Notes: generated by a model from the letters alone, not told the origin. DNA of 64,000 bases from an uncultured Candidatus Saccharibacteria bacterium (GCA_964548205.1 CAZJPJ010000002.1:69737-133736), one strand, 5' to 3'. Shown: positions 1-9,347, counted from the first letter of the stretch. A program made the numbers and translations.

Positions 1-396
1 CTTGAAAATAAGTGTAGGAAGATAATAAAAGAAAAAGAACTTAAGGACGTAATAATAATTAGGTGGAGTGATATAGAATCAAATAGTTATTATATTGAAT
101 ATTTAGAAAAGATAAAAAATCTTTTTAGGCAAAATGAGGAATTCAAGATCGATATAGAGAATACAACTCGAGGTGTACTAAAAAATAATGTTACTGATTT
201 GGATGAGGGTAGGGCGATAGAAATCGGTGTTAATTTTTTGTTTCAAGAACTAGCCTTCATTTCTAATGCTGCTAGGATTTTAGATCTAGATAAAATAGCT
301 TATCTCTACCATTCAACTATGCCAGTGTTCAAAAATATGGTTGAAGGTAGATATCCTTTGGATACCCATAACGTTGGCTATATTACAGCAGTATAG
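1..396 (+). CDS. Cyclodipeptide synthase (CDPS)-like protein, C-terminal fragment; 5' end lies outside the window
   Basis: Frame 1 is open from base 1 to the stop at 394-396. The C-terminal sequence FLFQELAFISN...AYLYHSTMPVF aligns by eye with AlbC-type CDPS C-terminus (Y-x3-E region and Y202-H203 of the NYH subfamily). This is from my recall of AlbC, not a search. Confidence 0.45.
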   Translation, partial: LENKCRKIIKEKELKDVIIIRWSDIESNSYYIEYLEKIKNLFRQNEEFKIDIENTTRGVLKNNVTDLDEGRAIEIGVNFLFQELAFISNAARILDLDKIAYLYHSTMPVFKNMVEGRYPLDTHNVGYITAV

Positions 397-553
397 CTTA
401 CTGCGAACAAGAATCCCGGTCTGGTAGGGAGGTGGTAGTTGATCATGATGTGATGAGTGCAAACCAACAGGCTGCAGAAATAGCAGCAAACAAAGCTGTT
501 GGTTCCCCCAACTATAGGGAGGATCAAAAATAACAGGTTACCAAACAAAACAA

Positions 554-590
554 CCCGACACGAAGCCTGTGTCGGGCTTCGTTTTTATTT
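554..590 (+). terminator. Rho-independent terminator after the CDPS-like gene
   Basis: 8-bp perfect stem cccgacac/gtgtcggg with a 7-nt loop, followed by a T-run (cttcgtttttattt). Confidence 0.6.
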
Positions 591-615
591 ACAGAACTAT
601 GGTAGTATTTTGGGC

Positions 616-1209
616 ATGGAAAGTTTTAAAAATTATAGAGAATTAAGATTTGCTAACCTTGCTCCAGAAGTATGGAAAAAACTTGATGAAATTCCTAGAA
701 CGGGTTGGGTAAAAAGAGGTGTTAAAAACCCAGAAACAGTACAAGAACACACGGTTTCTTTGAGGGATTTGGCCATAAGTCTATTTTCAAAACTTACAGA
801 ATTTTCAGAAGAAGAAAAACAAGTGTTGATTGATATGTTAGAAATCCATGACTGGCCTGAAGCAATTGTTGGGGATGAGATTGTTTTAGAAGATGGAACT
901 GAAGAGAAAAATAAACTAAAAGAAGAAAAAAAGATAAAAGAAACTAAAGCTATGGTTCAGATATGTAGTAGTCTTGGAGATGAAGGTAAAAGGGTTATGG
1001 AGCTTTGGTTGCAATTTGAAGAAGGAAAAGGTTTGGTGGAATCTTTTGCACGAGAATTAGATAAATATCAGGCAGTAGAAAAAGCTTTGGAATTTGAGAG
1101 AGATCAAAAATTATCTTTGTTTCAGGAGTTTAAAGAGTATGCCTCAAGGTTTATCAGACACCCTTTGTTGGTTGAGCGTATGAACGGACTAAATAATGGT
1201 GCAAACTAG
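616..1209 (+). CDS. HD-domain phosphohydrolase (YfbR-like 5'-deoxynucleotidase family)
   Basis: The ORF track starts at 499, but 554-590 is a terminator hairpin, so the likely start is the ATG at 616 (MESFKNY). Motif RTGWVKRGVKNPETVQEHTV matches the HD hydrolase signature R.GW....E.V.EHS. Confidence 0.7.
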   Translation: MESFKNYRELRFANLAPEVWKKLDEIPRTGWVKRGVKNPETVQEHTVSLRDLAISLFSKLTEFSEEEKQVLIDMLEIHDWPEAIVGDEIVLEDGTEEKNKLKEEKKIKETKAMVQICSSLGDEGKRVMELWLQFEEGKGLVESFARELDKYQAVEKALEFERDQKLSLFQEFKEYASRFIRHPLLVERMNGLNNGAN

Positions 1210-1251
1210 TGATGTAGATGTGGTGGAGTATGGATCTGTTATTTATTTTCA

Positions 1252-1282
1252 ATAATCCTAGTTCTAACATCGTCCACTAGGT
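1252..1282 (+). repeat. Copy A of a 24-bp direct repeat (ATAATCCyAGTTCTAACATCrTCC) plus ACTAGGT
   Basis: Same 24-mer recurs at 2232-2255 immediately after the next gene. In copy B a GC hairpin is inserted before ACTAGGT. Confidence 0.6.
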
Positions 1283-1296
1283 TGCGCAGCGAGCAA

Positions 1297-1330
1297 AAAG
1301 ACTACTGAATTTCAGTAGTCTTTTTGATTG
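1297..1330 (+). terminator. Rho-independent terminator after the HD gene
   Basis: agactactg / cagtagtct perfect stem followed by ttttt. Confidence 0.55.
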
Positions 1331-1339
1331 CCTATGCAG

Positions 1340-1547
1340 GCAATGGATGAGATTTGAAAGCCGCAGCGCCCGAGCGTAGCGAGGCTGGACTTAGCAAAGT
1401 CCAGAAGCGAGGCAGGGTCGTGTGGCCAAAATTACGACGGTAATTTTGGAACACCTGACCAAATCCCAGCGTCTCCCTCTGTAGCTTTAGCGAAAGGGGA
1501 TCACTCGCGCATCGAAAAAAACCATAGAAGTATGGTTCTTTTTCTTT
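1340..1547 (+). ncRNA. Candidate structured RNA (sRNA or cis-regulatory leader) upstream of the methyltransferase gene
   Basis: GC-rich ~200 nt in an AT-rich genome. Consecutive perfect hairpins: ttgcc/ggcaa, ctggact/agtccag, ccaaaattac/gtaattttgg, aaccata/tatggtt, the last followed by a T-run (terminator at 1514-1547). No protein-coding potential. Confidence 0.3.
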
Positions 1548-1584
1548 ATACTGACGGGACGGAGAACTGTGGTATATTTGAAAT

Positions 1585-2235
1585 GTGGAAGAATTAAATC
1601 CAAATAATAACTTATCTGAAAATTCAGAGAATGGTGAAGGTTTAGATTTTCGAAAGCTAATCCAGCACGAACCTTATGAGTTGGAAATTGGAGGGGAGAA
1701 AATATCTATTCATGATGGTGTATTTGCTCCTGACTCAAGCCTTACAAATTCTCCTTTTATTATTCTAAATAATTTACCTAATGTTTCAGGAAAAGAGGTT
1801 TTAGATATGGGAACGGGGACAGGAATAATTGCCTTGGTATGTGCTAGAAATGGAGCTAATGTTGTTGCTGTAGACAGTGATGATAAGGCTATTGAAAATA
1901 CTAAAGAAAATGTCCAAAAAAGTGGTCTAGGAAATATTGAAGTCGTTAAATCTAATTTATTTGAAAATATAAGTGGTAAGTTTGATTACATTTTTGCCAA
2001 CCTGCCAATTTTAGATGAAATCTGGGATGGGACTGAAAAAACGGCATCTACGGTTGAAAGATTTTTAACGGAAGCAAAAGCGCATTTAAATACAGGTGGA
2101 TCAGTGTATGTACCTTGGTTTTCAGTTTCGGATATTAGAGACATCCAAGATATTGCAAATCAGCTTGGTTATAAACAAGAATTAATTACTGAAAGTAAAT
2201 TGGGATTTGATTGGTACCTACTGACTTTATCATAA
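1585..2235 (+). CDS. Class I SAM-dependent methyltransferase (small-domain / HemK-RsmC-like)
   Basis: GTG start. Motif I VLDMGTGTGIIAL and a motif IV-like DYIFANLPI (variant of NPPY). Confidence 0.7.
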   Translation: MEELNPNNNLSENSENGEGLDFRKLIQHEPYELEIGGEKISIHDGVFAPDSSLTNSPFIILNNLPNVSGKEVLDMGTGTGIIALVCARNGANVVAVDSDDKAIENTKENVQKSGLGNIEVVKSNLFENISGKFDYIFANLPILDEIWDGTEKTASTVERFLTEAKAHLNTGGSVYVPWFSVSDIRDIQDIANQLGYKQELITESKLGFDWYLLTLS

Positions 2236-2298
2236 TCCCAGTTCTAACATCATCCCTGCCCGCAATGCTTCGCATAGCGATGCAGGCGGGCACTAGGT
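2232..2298 (+). repeat. Copy B of the 24-bp repeat, carrying a ~35-nt GC-rich hairpin insertion before ACTAGGT
   Basis: ataatcccagttctaacatcatcc, then the hairpin tgcccgc...gcgggca, then actaggt. The TAA inside the repeat (2233-2235) is the methyltransferase stop codon. Confidence 0.6.
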
Positions 2299-2696
2299 GT
2301 TCCGAATTATGCTAATATTTCACGCATGATACGTTGGTTGGTTGATCGTAAATACTTTAGAAACGAAAATCATGCCATATGGTTTGCATGTTCGCTGGCC
2401 ATAATATTTTTCGTGACACTCACGTATCTGAGGCCAAGCAAATTCATTTTTCTTTTGACACCGCTCGTTGTACATATACCCGCTCTCATAAACTCTTCTA
2501 TCTCCGTTTACTTTGCTAAGGAGAGCGACTTGTATTCTAAAGACTGCATTTGGTTCAATGCTCTTTTGATAATTGTTTACCTAATATTATTTTCACTTTT
2601 TTAGACTCTATAGAGTGTCTGGCTTTCGCTTTTATAAAAAACGTAGAGGCTTGATGTGGTATCATATAAAAATAAGAAGCTATAACTGAGTAGTTT

Positions 2697-3101
2697 ATGA
2701 GAAAGTATAAAAAATGGTTGGTGTCAGGTGTTATCTTGATTGTAATCGGGTATGTCGTATATAGCTTTGTCGACAAAGGTCCAGGTGAAAATGCTTTTGA
2801 TAATCAGGTGACTATTGTAAGCAAGGTAGACATATCTTGGTCTGAGAGGGATCAGCTAGCCAAGTCTGTAGATCAGTTTATGAATGAATACAAATTGCCT
2901 AAAGGAGTACAAAATACATACTCCATGACTATCGAAAAAAGATTGAATGATTCTATCGAGATAAGTACTATGGTTCTTGGTGCCGGGGCTGATGATAGTG
3001 TGGTTATCTTTGCAAAGAAAACTAGCGGTGTCTGGCAAGTGGATCCGAATGGAGGCCCTTGGTGCACCATAGAAACTTTTGACAACAATACTTGCTTTTA
3101 G
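2697..3101 (+). CDS. Hypothetical protein with N-terminal membrane anchor
   Basis: 134-aa ORF with an N-terminal hydrophobic helix (WLVSGVILIVIGYVVY). No recognisable domain. Confidence 0.45.
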   Translation: MRKYKKWLVSGVILIVIGYVVYSFVDKGPGENAFDNQVTIVSKVDISWSERDQLAKSVDQFMNEYKLPKGVQNTYSMTIEKRLNDSIEISTMVLGAGADDSVVIFAKKTSGVWQVDPNGGPWCTIETFDNNTCF

Positions 3102-3148
3102 TCTATGAAATAAGTGAGAGTTTGAAGTGAGTGTGGCAGTAGATGTAG

Positions 3149-3394
3149 GTGTTAGTTTTAATCACAATGTCAAAAATAATAAAAGTAAAAGTGGGCGCTG
3201 GGGCGAAGAGTGAAAAGGTGGAGGAAGTAGGAGATGGAGCCTTTAGGATAAGGGTGACAGAGCCACCAGATAAAGGTAAGGCCAACAAAAGGGTATTGGA
3301 GCTTGTGGCAAAACACTTCGATGTGTCGACCTTGAGTGTACGGCTAGTCAGCGGTAATACTTATAGGGAGAAGGTGATAGAAGTAGATGTGTAG
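3149..3394 (+). CDS. YggU/DUF167 family protein (UPF0235)
   Basis: IKVKVGAGAKSEKV...EPPDKGKANKRVLELVAKHF...VSGNTYREKVIEV matches the DUF167 pattern. Likely start is at MSKIIK (3167). Confidence 0.6.
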   Translation: MLVLITMSKIIKVKVGAGAKSEKVEEVGDGAFRIRVTEPPDKGKANKRVLELVAKHFDVSTLSVRLVSGNTYREKVIEVDV

Positions 3395-3433
3395 CGATCT
3401 TGTGTTGTAGACTCCTATCTTGGGCTGTAACTA

Positions 3434-3793
3434 CTAAGAAACTTTTTTGTATACAAAGTTTATTAATTTTGCGATAAGGCAACCGGCGATTGCTGCAAGG
3501 AGGGGGATGTAAAACAAGGAGGCTTTGGCGTATAGGTAAAATAGTAGCACTGGTGCTAGGAGTATTGCTGTCCACCAATTTTTCTTACCTCTACCAAAAA
3601 GTCCAAATACTAGTGGTGTGAAGAAGGTATAGGAGAGTAGGAAGCCTGAAAATTTTATTGAATCAGCTTTATCGTAAATCCATGAGCCATAATGTGGTAC
3701 TAGATTTGCATACCAATTACCTACATATTCTGAGGTAAGATAACTCAATGCTATTGTTGCAATTAGTAAAATCAGATTTATATATTTACTCAT
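3434..3793 (-). CDS. Hypothetical integral membrane protein
   Basis: 119 aa with about four predicted TM helices. Abuts the large gene on the same strand. Confidence 0.45.
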   Translation of the reverse strand: MSKYINLILLIATIALSYLTSEYVGNWYANLVPHYGSWIYDKADSIKFSGFLLSYTFFTPLVFGLFGRGKKNWWTAILLAPVLLFYLYAKASLFYIPLLAAIAGCLIAKLINFVYKKVS

Positions 3794-3796
3794 GTT

Positions 3797-6700
3797 TTAA
3801 TTATTATTTATTAAATATTCCAAATCAGATTTCAATAAGTTGTAAGCTTGCTCATTTATTTTACCTCTTCTCAAGAAAGAATCGAGCTCTGCTTCTAATA
3901 ATTTTATTATTATCTTATCCACTTTTTGCTCATACTTACCATATCTCTTTTTCTCAAACTTTATTATTAGCTTAGCTTGCCTCAACAACCGGTCTCTAGT
4001 TTTTTTGTCTTTTATCCAGCCAAGATCATAAGCCCCATTTATATCTCCAATGACAATATCGAGTGTGGTTACTCGTTCTGTTTCCAGCTCTTCGGGATTG
4101 TCATTATTTACTAGGGCATTTATTTCTGTGATCTGGTCTGGCTCTGTTACTCCCAACACCTCTTTTGTAACAAAATCTGTATCAGAAATATAGCTTGTGG
4201 CTACTTTGTACTCTCCGCCATTATCAGTACCTATTATTTCTATTTTATATTCCCCATTTTGTGGGTTAGGGATGGTAATGAACTCGTTGTTTGTATCAAA
4301 GCCAGAATAGAATGCTAGGGGTATCTCACTATATTCCTCTCCTGTCGCAAAATTTTTGCCTACCCGCTTGCCATCAGGAGCAGTAATCACCACATCGATA
4401 GGTGAGTATAGTTGGATAACAAAGAGATTTTCAATAAGACTATTGTTTATATTTTCGATCGAATCGCGACCAGTTAATATTTTTACTACATCTCCTTCGG
4501 TTATAGTAGGTAAGGCTCTATGATCGGCAGAATAAGATACATTAGGAATATTGTCATCTAGTGTTGCACCAAATATAGTAACTGTGCCGTCTCCTTGTCC
4601 AAGTTCTAAAGATTCTACTTCACCGTGTTCCCACTTTTGTGTATCTGTTGTTGGGACAACTACAATATTTTCAATAGTGTTGTTGCCAGTATTGCCAGTT
4701 ATATTTGTAATCTTTACTCCACTGCCTATGAGTTTGTCGGTATTTATATTTAAGGCTTCGAGAAAAATATTTCTAGGATAATTATCTGGGTATTGTCTTA
4801 CTACGCCCGTGTCTTTATCCTCTATATAATCAAATGTTGGCAAAAGTTCCTGTATAGATACTATCGGTCTATTCCTTATATAATCAAATAAATTTGTATA
4901 ATAATTATGGAATGCCTCAGCTGTGAAAATTAACTTAAGTATTTTACCAAGAGGGTCGTCTAAAAATTGACCAGCTTCCCAGTTTAGATAAGATTGTGGC
5001 GACCCCCTGTGTGGTGTTCCTAAGAAAATAAGTTGGTCGACATTATGTTGGTACTGACCAGATTGGATATATTCTCGCGCTACTAGGCCTCCCATAGAGT
5101 GTGCGACCAAGTCAACTTTGTTACAGTCTACCTCTGATAAATTTGCACTAGCACACTCAGATATCACATTGGTAATCTTATCTTTGAGTAGATTCGCCGT
5201 GATGATATTTGAATCTCTCCACTCATAAGGGAAGGTAAAGAGTGTGGAGCCTTTTTCATAACCATTGGCTTCGAGTGTGGCAATGAGGTTGTCGTATGTG
5301 TGGAGAAGTGGATCGATCAACCATTTGCCTAGTGATGCTTTGTACTGACTCCCCATAATCCCCGGAATTATTATGACGGGGTTTAGGGTGGGAGTAGGAG
5401 GTTCTGAACCAGGAGGGGAAGTGAGAAAGGGTATAAAGTTGGCGCTGCCTTTTATAGTATGGCCAGAGCCAGAGGTGTTGTCGGTCTGATGATAAGGACC
5501 ATCGGGGGAACCCCACCAGTTGCTTGTGACATTTGGTATCTCGGTACCACTTTTGTTCCATAGTCCATAGAAGCTGATACTACTCTGATTTTCGCCTTGG
5601 GTGAAGAAAGAAGAATTGTGCATGGCAAAATATCCACCTTCGAAAACTATTCCATAATTGTATATACCGCTATCGATGGCTGAGTTTTGGATATCGGTAG
5701 TTCCCGACAGTTGATTGATGGCAGTATTCTCACCCTTTTCAATTTTTAAATTATCTACAACGATATTGCCCCCATTGTTTATCAATGCCCCGTAGTTGTA
5801 AGTATAAGGCGCTGGGAAAACAACACCCCTGGCATATTTCAAGGTTGTGTTCGATATATTTATAGTGCCACCATTTTCAGCAACAATGCCTCCTGTTAGT
5901 ACATTATAATTGCTAGTAGCATCTCCATCGTTGTTGGTGTCACCTCCAAAGCTGTCGTCGTAGATTGAGGTGAAGATCACAGGGTTCTCTTTTGTGCCCT
6001 CGATACTTACTTCACCCCCTCTGGCTATGATACCGTTGTCTTGAGTACCTTTGAGTATAGTACCTGCAGTGACTATCAGCTTGTTTGGAGCTTCTACGGT
6101 GCTACCTAGAAAGACATATGGTTTACCATCTATAGGGCTTAGGGTTTTTGTACCTTTCGGTGAACCGTTTATAATCCATGTGTCGAAGTCGCCCCCAGTT
6201 ATAGTCGTACCCTCTATGTCGAAGTCAATACCAAGTGAGACATAAGGAGCGTGTTGATTGTCTACAAAATCTACATTTCTTATGTATAAACTACTTTCAT
6301 TGTTGCTTGTCTGAAAAATATTTAACCCATGCGATATCGTGGAGTTGGTAAGATGGAGAGAGCCGTTCTCCAAGCTTACAGCTCCGAAGTTGTTATCCAT
6401 GGTTGTGTTGTCTATGTCGGTGTCTCCTCCGTCTAAGTAAAAAACTTGAGAATTATTTATGAAGGTAGAGTTTGTTACACTCACATTGCCTCCTAGGTTT
6501 GTGATACCAGCACTGCCGGGAGGGAATTGGGCAAACCCAGCCCATCTTTGGTGTAAAAAATTGATATTGCCCCTTGAGCCATCTCGGAAGACAAAACCAC
6601 CCCAACGGTCAGTGAAGTTTGGGGCGGAATCAGAAGTGTTTCTAAATATTACTGGATCATCGTTTTGTCCTAAAATGTTGAGCGTACCAAAGATGTCGAA

Positions 6701-6928
6701 TTTTCTTCCATTGCCCACTATCACCTCGACTCCAGCCTCAATATTTAAGACCCCAGTGTCTGTGATGGTTATATCTCCACCGTAAATATTTGGAATAAGG
6801 TAGGGGCTACCAGCAAGGTCCCAAGTGGTGTTGTCTTCTATATACAAATCAGTGACCACTGTTTCAGCCAGCGCGGCTGTAGGCCACAGTGCCGACAAAA
6901 GCAACAAGTATACGAAGCTTTTTGTCAT
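3797..6928 (-). CDS. Large secreted multidomain protein: signal peptide, parallel beta-helix-like repeats, lipase-type alpha/beta-hydrolase domain
   Basis: 1043 aa. N-terminal signal peptide (LLLLSALWPTAALA). Asn/Gly/Thr-rich repeats typical of right-handed beta-helix proteins. Lipase-like domain with GxSxG nucleophile elbow (LVAHSMGGLVAREY) resembling Bacillus LipA/PGAP1-like hydrolases. Confidence 0.75.
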   Translation of the reverse strand: MTKSFVYLLLLSALWPTAALAETVVTDLYIEDNTTWDLAGSPYLIPNIYGGDITITDTGVLNIEAGVEVIVGNGRKFDIFGTLNILGQNDDPVIFRNTSDSAPNFTDRWGGFVFRDGSRGNINFLHQRWAGFAQFPPGSAGITNLGGNVSVTNSTFINNSQVFYLDGGDTDIDNTTMDNNFGAVSLENGSLHLTNSTISHGLNIFQTSNNESSLYIRNVDFVDNQHAPYVSLGIDFDIEGTTITGGDFDTWIINGSPKGTKTLSPIDGKPYVFLGSTVEAPNKLIVTAGTILKGTQDNGIIARGGEVSIEGTKENPVIFTSIYDDSFGGDTNNDGDATSNYNVLTGGIVAENGGTINISNTTLKYARGVVFPAPYTYNYGALINNGGNIVVDNLKIEKGENTAINQLSGTTDIQNSAIDSGIYNYGIVFEGGYFAMHNSSFFTQGENQSSISFYGLWNKSGTEIPNVTSNWWGSPDGPYHQTDNTSGSGHTIKGSANFIPFLTSPPGSEPPTPTLNPVIIIPGIMGSQYKASLGKWLIDPLLHTYDNLIATLEANGYEKGSTLFTFPYEWRDSNIITANLLKDKITNVISECASANLSEVDCNKVDLVAHSMGGLVAREYIQSGQYQHNVDQLIFLGTPHRGSPQSYLNWEAGQFLDDPLGKILKLIFTAEAFHNYYTNLFDYIRNRPIVSIQELLPTFDYIEDKDTGVVRQYPDNYPRNIFLEALNINTDKLIGSGVKITNITGNTGNNTIENIVVVPTTDTQKWEHGEVESLELGQGDGTVTIFGATLDDNIPNVSYSADHRALPTITEGDVVKILTGRDSIENINNSLIENLFVIQLYSPIDVVITAPDGKRVGKNFATGEEYSEIPLAFYSGFDTNNEFITIPNPQNGEYKIEIIGTDNGGEYKVATSYISDTDFVTKEVLGVTEPDQITEINALVNNDNPEELETERVTTLDIVIGDINGAYDLGWIKDKKTRDRLLRQAKLIIKFEKKRYGKYEQKVDKIIIKLLEAELDSFLRRGKINEQAYNLLKSDLEYLINNN

Positions 6929-7036
6929 CTTTTGATGAAAATAGTAATTGATTTATTTATATAAATAATTACCTTGGGTGTCTAGCAAGAGTGGGGAAAG
7001 TAAAACCGTTGTGCCAGGATGTGCTAATATTTTTAT

Positions 7037-7591
7037 ATGGAAGGTGATGCAAAGAATGAACAAATTCAATACCCGCAGATAGCGCAAGAGTTGATAGAAA
7101 TGGCAGAAGCAGATCAAGCTATGAGAGAGCGAGCGGAAAATGAAGAAGGTTTTTGGGATGGCGAGGTAGATGAGAAAAATACGGCAAGGCTACAGGAGAT
7201 AGTCGGAGAAATAGGTTGGCCTACTGTTTCAAAAGTGGGCAAGGAAGCTTCTTTGCGAGCTTGGCTTTTGGTACAACATGCAGATCATGACCCAGAGTTT
7301 CAACAACATTGTCTTGATTTGATGAAGGAAGCTCGAGATGGGGAAGTAGACCCACACGACGTTGCGTATCTTGAGGATAGGGTAAGAGTAAATACTGATA
7401 GACCACAACTATACGGCACACAGATGGATACAACTTTTGATCGAGAGGGTAATGTCATAAGTTACAAACCAAGGCCAATCGAAGATCCAGAAAATATTGA
7501 TGCACGCAGAGCAAGTATGGGTATGGGCCCGCATGCTGAGTATGTACGAGAAATTTTAGAAAGCCATCATTCACATTTGTTAAAAGAATAA
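7037..7591 (+). CDS. Hypothetical protein (GC-rich gene)
   Basis: 184-aa ORF, noticeably higher GC than neighbours. No confident domain (WLLVQHADHDPEFQ motif). Confidence 0.5.
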   Translation: MEGDAKNEQIQYPQIAQELIEMAEADQAMRERAENEEGFWDGEVDEKNTARLQEIVGEIGWPTVSKVGKEASLRAWLLVQHADHDPEFQQHCLDLMKEARDGEVDPHDVAYLEDRVRVNTDRPQLYGTQMDTTFDREGNVISYKPRPIEDPENIDARRASMGMGPHAEYVREILESHHSHLLKE

Positions 7592-7592
7592 C

Positions 7593-7838
7593 ATGCAGAA
7601 TTTTTGGCAATACTATGGTTTTGATTGGATTGCTCTGACATTAGGGACTATCGGCATCTGGAAAGTTGGCAACAAAAACAGAAATGGTTTTTTGTTTTAT
7701 ATAGCGGCGGCAACTTCAGGTCTCATTTTTTCTTATTTGGCACATTCTTATGCATACATGATAGTAAATATAATATCGATAACTCTCCAGACTCGTGCAT
7801 ATATTCATTGGAAGCAGATGGAAGCGGCTACTCTATAA
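7593..7838 (+). CDS. Small hypothetical membrane protein
   Basis: 81 aa, two hydrophobic segments. Start overlaps the stop of the upstream gene. Confidence 0.3.
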   Translation: MQNFWQYYGFDWIALTLGTIGIWKVGNKNRNGFLFYIAAATSGLIFSYLAHSYAYMIVNIISITLQTRAYIHWKQMEAATL

Positions 7839-7874
7839 AGCGTGTGTAGTAAAAGTTGTGCTAAAATATTCTAA

Positions 7875-8432
7875 ATGCTCAAGAATAACGCTCTAGCTCA
7901 TTTTGTCAAAGATGTTTTCATAATATGCGCAAGTATCATACTGGCTTATGTCTTGGCCAAGAGTGGGGCTGTGGCTAAACTTGTGGAGCTCGATGGGCCG
8001 TTTATGTTTGTCTCTTGGCTAGTGGCTGGAGCGTTTTTCACCTCTATATTTACTGTAGCTCCTGCAGGGGTGGCTCTGACAGAGATGGTCGATGGCAATT
8101 CTATGATTCTCATATCTGCTGTGGCTGCTCTTGGGGCCATGATCGTGGACACTATTATTATCTCTTTTGTCCGCAAAGATATAACCAACGACCTAAGTTC
8201 TCTTTCTGACTTTGCATTCCGCAAACACCTAATAGGAGCCTTTCATTTCGGCTTTCTCAAATGGGTAGCCTTGATATTGGGAGTCTTTGTTGTAGCTTCG
8301 CCTCTCCCTGATGAGCTTGGGTTATTCTTGATAGGTCTTTCTAAAGTACGCTCATCATTTTTGCCTCTATTATTTTTTATTGCAAACTTTATAGGTATCT
8401 TTGCTCTTCTTTCTATTGCTTCATCTTTCTAG
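7875..8432 (+). CDS. Hypothetical integral membrane protein
   Basis: 185 aa with multiple TM helices. Confidence 0.5.
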   Translation: MLKNNALAHFVKDVFIICASIILAYVLAKSGAVAKLVELDGPFMFVSWLVAGAFFTSIFTVAPAGVALTEMVDGNSMILISAVAALGAMIVDTIIISFVRKDITNDLSSLSDFAFRKHLIGAFHFGFLKWVALILGVFVVASPLPDELGLFLIGLSKVRSSFLPLLFFIANFIGIFALLSIASSF

Positions 8433-8453
8433 TTGGTGTGATATTCTAAGAAA

Positions 8454-9347
8454 ATGAAGACATTTGCATTTCTTGTAGTAATAGGGACACTTGGATATTT
8501 CGGGTATGAGACTTTTGTTTCTCCTTGTGATAATCCGATTCATTATTCTATCGGGGAGATAGACAGCCGTTTTGGTGTTAGTGATGAAAATTTTAAGAAA
8601 GGCTTACTGGAAGCTGAAGCGGTATGGGAGAGTGTCGCGCTTCGCGAGCTATTTGTTTTTGATCCGAATGCGTCTTTTAAGGTAAACCTGATATACGACG
8701 ATAGACAAGCCGAAACAGATGCAAAACAAAAAGCATCCTTTGGATTGACTGCTAAGGAAGAAATTTTTAATAAATTAGACACCGCACTTTCTCTTGTACA
8801 ATCTAGTTATGAAGCAAAGAAGCTTCAATATGAAAGCAACCTTAATATTTTTGAAAACAAAAAAACTAAGTATGAACAACAGGTAGATTATTGGAACTCT
8901 AAGGGAGGAGCTCCGAAAGGTGAATATCAAAAACTTGAAGACGAAAGATCTGAACTAAGCAGACAGGCTGATCTAATAAATGAAGAAGCTGCTGCTCTAA
9001 ATGTCTTAGCTTCACAGCTAAACAAAGCTCTCGCTGAGCGCAATATAGCTGCGAATGATTACAATAAAGTGGTCTCTGAATACAATCAGAAATATGGCAA
9101 AGGTGTAGAGTTCAACCAAGCAGAGTATGTAGGCAAAGCAATCAACGTATACCAGTTTACAAATCATGCAGATTTGGTGCTTGCTTTGGCTCATGAATTT
9201 GGTCATGCGCTAAAGATAGGTCATGTAGAAGAAGAGGGCTCAGTCATGTACTATACTTCGGTCAGTGCCGAAACAGCCAAAATAACCCTTAGCTCTTCTG
9301 ATATATTGGCTCTAAATAAAGTTTGTAAGTTTAAAGTAAATGAATAA
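8454..9347 (+). CDS. Membrane-anchored metzincin-like zinc metalloprotease
   Basis: N-terminal TM anchor, long coiled-coil-like middle, and HExxHxxGxxH motif (AHEFGHALKIGH). Confidence 0.65.
   Translation: MKTFAFLVVIGTLGYFGYETFVSPCDNPIHYSIGEIDSRFGVSDENFKKGLLEAEAVWESVALRELFVFDPNASFKVNLIYDDRQAETDAKQKASFGLTAKEEIFNKLDTALSLVQSSYEAKKLQYESNLNIFENKKTKYEQQVDYWNSKGGAPKGEYQKLEDERSELSRQADLINEEAAALNVLASQLNKALAERNIAANDYNKVVSEYNQKYGKGVEFNQAEYVGKAINVYQFTNHADLVLALAHEFGHALKIGHVEEEGSVMYYTSVSAETAKITLSSSDILALNKVCKFKVNE

Noticed and set aside
1340-1547. TPP or SAM riboswitch in the GC-rich leader
   Set aside because: Only a fragmentary resemblance (ACCTGA...CCAGCGT) to the TPP consensus. The downstream AGGGA is replaced by CTCCC, and no SAM-I or SAM-II core motifs are present.
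1252-2298. The 24-bp repeats after consecutive genes as integron attC sites
   Set aside because: No GTTRRRY / RYYYAAC core pairs. TTCTAAC and GGTTGCG are near misses only, and no intI gene is nearby.
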